A DNA stretch of 64,000 nucleotides from an uncultured Gemmatimonadales bacterium. GTDB lineage: Bacteria; Gemmatimonadota; Gemmatimonadetes; Gemmatimonadales; GWC2-71-9. The DNA is taken from positions 166,767-230,766 of the forward strand of contig CAWHXS010000012.1 in assembly GCA_963833365.1 (NCBI GenBank). The letters are read 5' to 3'. Positions 59,051 to 64,000 of the stretch are shown piece after piece. The number at the start of each line of letters is the position of its first letter. Position 1 is the stretch's first letter. The notes under the pieces are model-generated. The model did no database searches. It worked only from the letters and a program-made list of their open reading frames with translations, and had not been told where the DNA came from. The position numbers and the translations under genes are program-made.

Positions 59051-60250
59051 TTGACTGACACCATACCAGCTCAGGATCCCGTTCCCCTTCCCGTTCGCCG
59101 GTCACCCGGCTACGACGTGGAAGCTCTACGGAAGGAGGAGTTTCCCTGGAGCCGGGAAACCATCTACCTCGATCACGCGAGCATCGGACCCCTTCCCGAA
59201 CGGACCCGCCGGGCGGTCGATGAGTTCACCCAGAAGCGCGCCAAGCCTTACCTGCTCAAGCACGACGACATGTTCGGCGCCTTCGCGCGGGCACGGGAAC
59301 TCTGCGCCCGGCTCATCAATGCGGAGGTGGATGAGATCGGCCTGGCGACCAATACGACGTTTGGATTGTCGGTCGCCGCGCGAGGGCTTCCTTTCCGCTC
59401 AGGCGATATCGTCCTGGTGAGCGACCGGGAGTTCCCCGCCAACGTCTACCCTTGGCTTGCCCTCAGAAACCTGGACGTCACGTGTGAGATGGTTCCGGTG
59501 ACGGCTCAAGGCTGGCCCGACGAGGAACGGCTGCACGCCAGGCTCACCGATCCCAAGGTTCGGGCGATCGCCGTCTCGTGGACCCAGTTTGCTACCGGTT
59601 ACACCATCGATCTTCCTCGCCTCTCGGCCGCGACCCGCCAGCTCGGCAAGTGGCTGGTCCTCGATGCGATTCAGGGTGTTGGGCAGATGCCACTCGATGT
59701 CCGCGAGACGCCGGTGGATGTCCTCGCCTGCGGCGCCCAGAAGTGGCTCCTGTCTCCCTGGGGCTCCGGGTTCGTCTACGTCCGGCGAGACCTGATCGAG
59801 CAGCTGAATCCCGCAATGACCGGCTGGATGGCGTATCAAGGCACCGATGATCTCTCCCGGTTGACCCGATACAATCCGCTGCTGCGCGGGACTGCTCGAC
59901 GCTACGAGATGGTGACCCTCCCCTTCCAGGACTTTTTCGGGATGAACCGTTCGGTGGAGCTGCTGCAGTCACTCGGCATCGAACACATCGAACGGCATCT
60001 GCGCGGGGTGCACGCGCCCGTGGTCGAATGGGCCGAACGCCGCGGCGTCCCGATCGCCTCACCCCGCGGGCCTCGTGGATCGGCGATCATCAGCGTCTCA
60101 CCGCCCAACCTGTCGGCCGCGTATCACGCGCTGCGCGAGGCGGGGATCTACTGCAGTCTGCGCGAAGGTGTGATTCGGCTGGCGCCGCACTGCTACAATA
60201 CGGTGGAAGAAATGGCGAGGGTGGCGGAGGTGCTGGATCGTGCCATGTGA
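59051..60250 (+). CDS. aminotransferase class V-fold PLP enzyme (cysteine desulfurase/SufS-CsdA-like)
   Basis: 399 aa with a TTG start. IYLDHASIGPLP, and ACGAQKWLLSPWGSGFVYV containing the PLP lysine. Confidence 0.8.
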   Translation: MTDTIPAQDPVPLPVRRSPGYDVEALRKEEFPWSRETIYLDHASIGPLPERTRRAVDEFTQKRAKPYLLKHDDMFGAFARARELCARLINAEVDEIGLATNTTFGLSVAARGLPFRSGDIVLVSDREFPANVYPWLALRNLDVTCEMVPVTAQGWPDEERLHARLTDPKVRAIAVSWTQFATGYTIDLPRLSAATRQLGKWLVLDAIQGVGQMPLDVRETPVDVLACGAQKWLLSPWGSGFVYVRRDLIEQLNPAMTGWMAYQGTDDLSRLTRYNPLLRGTARRYEMVTLPFQDFFGMNRSVELLQSLGIEHIERHLRGVHAPVVEWAERRGVPIASPRGPRGSAIISVSPPNLSAAYHALREAGIYCSLREGVIRLAPHCYNTVEEMARVAEVLDRAM

Positions 60251-60258
60251 GGTCGCCT

Positions 60259-61803
60259 ATGCCTCAATCTCTCGCTGACGTCCTGAAGTCTGGCTACGGC
60301 TTCACCGATGCATCCATCGTCTTCGGTGCGGCTCTCGATGGCGCTGCGCTGATTCCGGAGCCGAAAGTTCGCGTCCCTCTCGCCATGACCAATCGTCATG
60401 GTCTCATCGCGGGCGCGACCGGGACCGGCAAGACCAAGACGCTCCAACTTCTCACCGAGCAATTCTCCGCCGCCGGCGTCCCGGTATTTGTCGCCGATAT
60501 CAAGGGCGATCTCTCGGGTCTCGCCATGCCCGGTGAGTCGAATGACCGCGTCGCGCAGCGAGCGAAGGAGACCGGATGGGCCTGGAAGGCGGGGAGCGTG
60601 CCGGTCGAATTCGTGAGCCTGACCGGCAAGCTGGGTGTTCAGCTCCGCGCTACCGTGAGTGACTTCGGCCCCCTGCTTCTCGCGAAGGTGCTGGGACTCA
60701 ACGACACCCAGGCCAGCGTGCTCACCCTGGTCGTCAAGTACTGCGACGACAACCAGCTCCCGCTCCTCGATTTCGAAGACCTGCGGGCGGTGCTGCAGTT
60801 CCTGACTTCAGATGCCGGGAAGGGAGCACTCGCGGGGTATGGCGGAATGTCGGAGGCCACGGTCGGCGTGCTGCTCCGGAAGATGATCGAGCTCGAGGCT
60901 CAGGGTGCACAGGCCTTTTTCGGCGAGCCGCAATTCGATGTCCACGACCTGCTGGCCAGGACCTCCGATGGTCGCGGTGTCGTCACCTGTCTCGAGCTGG
61001 CCGACGCGCAGGACAAGCCGCGGCTCTTCTCCACCTTCATGATGTGGCTGCTGGCCGACCTGTATCACAACCTGCCCGAAGCAGGAGATCTCGACCGCCC
61101 CAAGCTCGTGTTCTTCTTCGACGAGGCGCACCTCCTCTTCCAGGATGCTCCCAAGCCCTTCCTTGAGCAGGTCGAGCAAGTGGTGCGGCTGATTCGCTCG
61201 AAAGGCGTCGGCGTGTACTTCGTCACCCAGACCCCCAAGGACGTACCGCCGGACGTTCTGGCCCAACTGAGCAACCGGGTGCAGCATGCCCTCCGGGCCC
61301 ACACCCCGGATGACGAGCGTCTGCTGGCCGCCACAGCCCGCACCTACCCCAAGGCTCCTTATCTCGATCTGGAGGAGGTGCTCACCTCGCTCGGCATCGG
61401 AGAGGCGGTCGTCACCGTACTCGATCCGCGCGGGGTTCCCACTCCCGTCATGCCGACTCGATTGATTCCTCCCGCGTCCCGGATGGCACCTCTCACACCG
61501 GATGAGCTTCAAGCCGACATCCGGCAGTCGGATCTCGTGAAGGCCTACGGCACCACGATCGATCGGGAGAGCGCCCGGGAGATCCTCGCCTCGCGGCTGG
61601 CCAAGACCGCGCCTGAAGCGCCGGCACCGGAGGCCAAACCCGCGGGAAAGGTTGGAAAGTCGGTCGGGGCGGTTGTCGGGGGAGCGGTGCTCGGAGCCCT
61701 GGGTACTACCATCGCGAGAACGGTGGGGAGGGAACTGGTACGCGGTGTGTTTGGTATGCTGGGCGCCCGGTCGCCCCGATCGACGAGACGGACCCGGTGG
61801 TAG
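60259..61803 (+). CDS. HerA-like helicase domain / DUF853 (YjgR-type) P-loop ATPase
   Basis: ORF 60028..61803 trimmed to Met78. NRHGLIAGATGTGKTKTLQ Walker A, KLVFFFDEAHLLF Walker B, and a basic/hydrophobic C-terminal tail. Confidence 0.8.
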   Translation: MPQSLADVLKSGYGFTDASIVFGAALDGAALIPEPKVRVPLAMTNRHGLIAGATGTGKTKTLQLLTEQFSAAGVPVFVADIKGDLSGLAMPGESNDRVAQRAKETGWAWKAGSVPVEFVSLTGKLGVQLRATVSDFGPLLLAKVLGLNDTQASVLTLVVKYCDDNQLPLLDFEDLRAVLQFLTSDAGKGALAGYGGMSEATVGVLLRKMIELEAQGAQAFFGEPQFDVHDLLARTSDGRGVVTCLELADAQDKPRLFSTFMMWLLADLYHNLPEAGDLDRPKLVFFFDEAHLLFQDAPKPFLEQVEQVVRLIRSKGVGVYFVTQTPKDVPPDVLAQLSNRVQHALRAHTPDDERLLAATARTYPKAPYLDLEEVLTSLGIGEAVVTVLDPRGVPTPVMPTRLIPPASRMAPLTPDELQADIRQSDLVKAYGTTIDRESAREILASRLAKTAPEAPAPEAKPAGKVGKSVGAVVGGAVLGALGTTIARTVGRELVRGVFGMLGARSPRSTRRTRW

Positions 61804-61809
61804 AGAAGC

Positions 61810-61919
61810 GGGAGACGGGAGACGGGAGACGGGAGACGGGAACAGCAACGACCCTCTGGTCCTTTCAGTCTCCCTCGTCTCCCGTCTCCCGTCTCCCGTC
61901 TCGTCTCCGTCTCCCGTCT
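61810..61919. repeat. heptamer-arm hairpin (GGGAGAC / GTCTCCC) between convergent genes
   Basis: Four GGGAGAC units (61810-61840), a 27-nt loop, then about seven GTCTCCC units (61868-61919). It begins 7 nt after the DUF853 stop and ends on the mscL stop codon. Confidence 0.9.
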
Positions 61920-62202
61920 ACTTCTTCGCCACCATCTCCTCCTTCAACACCTTCTTGGCAAACCAGTACACCAGAAAGGCGACGACAAGGAAGTTGAGTA
62001 GCGCCGCCAGGACTGACCCGATGGCGAAGGGACCAAGCATCCACTTCTGCCAGTCTCCGCCGGGCAAAACCATCCCGACGATGGGCATCAGGAGCCCGTC
62101 CACGATCGCCTTCACCAGCTCCCCGGCTTTCCCTCCAATGATCACCGCGATGGCCAGGCCGATGACTCCGTACTCGTTGAGGAACCGCGTGAAGTCGCTC
62201 AT
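61918..62202 (-). CDS. mscL: large-conductance mechanosensitive channel
   Basis: MSDFTRFLNEYGVIGLAIAVIIGGKAGELVKAIVDGLLMP...; 94 aa. Confidence 0.85.
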   Translation of the reverse strand: MSDFTRFLNEYGVIGLAIAVIIGGKAGELVKAIVDGLLMPIVGMVLPGGDWQKWMLGPFAIGSVLAALLNFLVVAFLVYWFAKKVLKEEMVAKK

Positions 62203-62242
62203 CGTGGAGATCTCCGGAAACGGGGGAACGGCTGGAAGGAGT

Positions 62243-63509
62243 CTAGGATTCCGCTACCAGTAGCGCGTAGTTCTTCTTGCCCTTCTGCAACATTGCATGT
62301 CCGCCGGCCAGCAGGTCTGCTTCGCCCAGAATGCGGTCCACGTCACTCACCGGTTCAGCGTTGAGGGAGAATCCCTTCCCCTGAATGCCCCGGCGAGCGT
62401 CGCTCTTGGAGCTCGCCAGCCCGGCCTTGACCAGCAAATCGATCAACGAAAGTCCCTCCACCTCGGCTCGCGCCATCCGCAGAGTCGGAATCTCATCGGC
62501 CAGGGTCTGGAACACCGTGGCCTCGGCTGCCCGGAGATCCTGTCCACCAAAGAGCAGGCGGCTCGCGGCGACCACCCGCCTGGCCGTGTCCGCCCCGTGC
62601 ACCCGGCTGGTCAATTCCTCGGCGAGGAGCCGATGAGCCGCGCGCTGGCCCGGATCGCTCGCCTGCTGGTCCATCACGCGACGGATCTCCTCGAGCGACA
62701 GGAAGGTGAAGAACTTGAGGCACCGCTCCAGGTCCCTGTCGTCGGTGTTGAGCCAGAATTGGTAGAACTTGTACGGGCTCGTCTTCGCCAGCATCGAGCC
62801 AGACGTTCTCGTCCTCGCTCTTCCCGAACTTGGCTCCTGACGCCGTGGTGATGAGCGGGAAGACCAGGGCGTGCGCACTCTTGGCCTCCCGCCGCCCGAT
62901 CAGCTCGGTGCCCGCGGTGATGTTGCCCCACTGGTCGCTACCACCCATCTGCAGCTCGCAGCCATCGGTGCGGAAGAGGTGCCAGAAGTCGTACGCCTGG
63001 GTCAGCATGTAGCTGAATTCGGTGAACGAGATTCCCGTCTCCATCCGGCTCTTCACCGATTCCTTCTGCAGCATATAGCTGATGGTGAAGTGCTTCCCGG
63101 TGTCGCGGAGGAAATCCAGGAGCCGGATCGGTCGCAGCCAGTCGGCATTGTTCCTCATCCTCGCCGCGTTGGCGCCCTCGAAGGTGAGAAACCGCTCCAG
63201 CTGCGTCCTGATCGCCTGGGCGTTGGCATCGATGCGCTCGACCGAGAGGATCGGGCGCTCTCCCCGCTTCCCGCTGGGATCTCCCACCATGCCGGTGCCG
63301 CCGCCAATGACCACGATGGGCGTTCCTCCGGTCCGCTGGAGCCAGGCCAATCCCATCACCGGAACCAGATTTCCGACATGCAGCGAATCCGCTGTCGGAT
63401 CGAACCCGACGTATCCCGTAATCGGCCCCTGCTGCAATCGGTCGGGCAGACCCGGGGTCGCGTCGTGAACGAATCCACGCTCGCTGAGAAGGCTGAAAAG
63501 GTCAGGCAT
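62243..63509 (-). pseudogene. tyrS: tyrosine--tRNA ligase; frameshift near 62795
   Basis: [17 protein letters not shown] (HIGH-type) and KFGKS (KMSKS-type) are in ORF 62493..63509. ...[16 protein letters not shown]... and the S4 domain are in ORF 62243..62878. Confidence 0.85.
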
Positions 63510-63558
63510 GGGCGCGGAATGTTAGGGGTGGCCTATTGGTCGGGCAAGAATAGACAGT

Positions 63559-63716
63559 TGGTGATGGGTAGTGGGTAGTGGGTAGTGGGGTGTAGGGAAA
63601 GCTTCGTGGCGCTCCCGTCTCCCGTCTCCCGTCTCCCGTCTCCCGTCTCCCGTCTCCCATCTCCCGTCTCACTCTCCCATCCACCCCACTCCCCACCACC
63701 TACTCCCCACTCCCTG
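63559..63716. repeat. composite heptamer array (GGGTAGT x3, CTCCCGT x8, CCCCACT-type x6)
   Basis: GGGTAGT units at 63566-63586. An unbroken 7-nt register runs from 63612 to 63716 (15 units). Located upstream of the tyrS start (63509, minus strand) and the PBP1A start (63737, plus strand). Confidence 0.9.
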
Positions 63717-63736
63717 CATCCATCTAGATTCCAATC

Positions 63737-64000
63737 ATGCTTGAGACGCTCAGCCGCTGGTGGTTTACCCCCCGGATCCGTAGCAACGTCATCACCGGCG
63801 TACTCGCCACCGTGATGCTCCTCGCCGGGCTCGTGTTCGGTTCGTGGCGGCGCGCCTGCGCGGGTGCCGCTTGCCCATCCACCGCGAGCCTGGTCGACAA
63901 GGGCTACGATCCCCAGCAGGCATCCAAGGTGTACGCCGCCGACGGGCGGCTCATTACCGATCTCGGGCTTCAGCGCCGGACCCTGGTTCCGCTGAGCCAG
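63737..64000 (+). CDS. mrcA: penicillin-binding protein 1A (5' partial, runs off the window)
   Basis: ATG at 63737. TM anchor ITGVLATVMLLAGLVF, then ...YDPQQASKVYAADGRLITDLGLQRRTLVPLSQ, the typical start of a class A PBP glycosyltransferase domain. Confidence 0.7.
   Translation, partial: MLETLSRWWFTPRIRSNVITGVLATVMLLAGLVFGSWRRACAGAACPSTASLVDKGYDPQQASKVYAADGRLITDLGLQRRTLVPLSQ

Noticed and set aside
57870-61803. Patatin phospholipase plus HerA-like ATPase as an anti-phage module (CBASS-type effector or HerA-associated defence).
   Set aside because: No cyclase/nucleotidyltransferase, Sir2, DUF4297 or other known partner is present. The two genes are on opposite strands and separated by a PLP enzyme. 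The ATPase is the widespread DUF853/YjgR type.

Overview
High-GC bacterial chromosomal window, about two-thirds G+C by eye. It consists almost entirely of core genes in long co-directional operons, and many adjacent genes overlap by 4 nt or 1 nt (ATGA, GTGA, TGATG). Content, in order: a ygfZ/HAD pair, glcDEF glycolate oxidase, a short Bacteroidetes-type primary sigma factor, an aroB to fprA block, sixA, dacB and tamAB. Next come a lipid kinase, an NtrC-like regulator, an NlpC/P60 peptidase, acpS and a cytochrome c/FTR1 iron permease. A roughly 15-kb minus-strand run follows (yebC-ruvC-ruvA-ruvB-queA-tgt-yajC-def-fmt-thiE-thiS-thiG-rsmB-PASTA-rpe-tlpA-ybbR-tsaD-lgt). After that is a glycan/LPS cluster: GT9, an MsbA-like exporter, two CgeB-like and two GT4 transferases around a PorX-type receiver-PglZ regulator. 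The window ends with a patatin-ferredoxin fusion, a DUF853 ATPase, mscL, tyrS and the 5' end of a PBP1A gene. The sigma-factor type plus the PorX-like regulator in a high-GC background suggest an FCB-group organism such as Gemmatimonadota; this is a low-confidence inference. I found no rRNA, tRNA or CRISPR. Main observations: (1) Tandem heptanucleotide-repeat arrays occur at more than 15 gene boundaries, many as hairpin-forming complementary arms; one 90-nt copy sits in frame inside tgt, and 9-nt variants sit in frame inside dacB and rsmB. (2) A RAYT-type Y1 transposase is flanked by its own, unrelated REP-like palindromes. (3) A cluster of DnaA-box-like 9-mers lies just upstream of a canonical promoter for the primary sigma gene. 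(4) Many conserved and essential genes are broken by single-base frameshifts, concentrated at 24.3-27.6 kb and 29.1-31.1 kb. These are most likely assembly indels, so the genes are listed as pseudogenes 'as assembled'.
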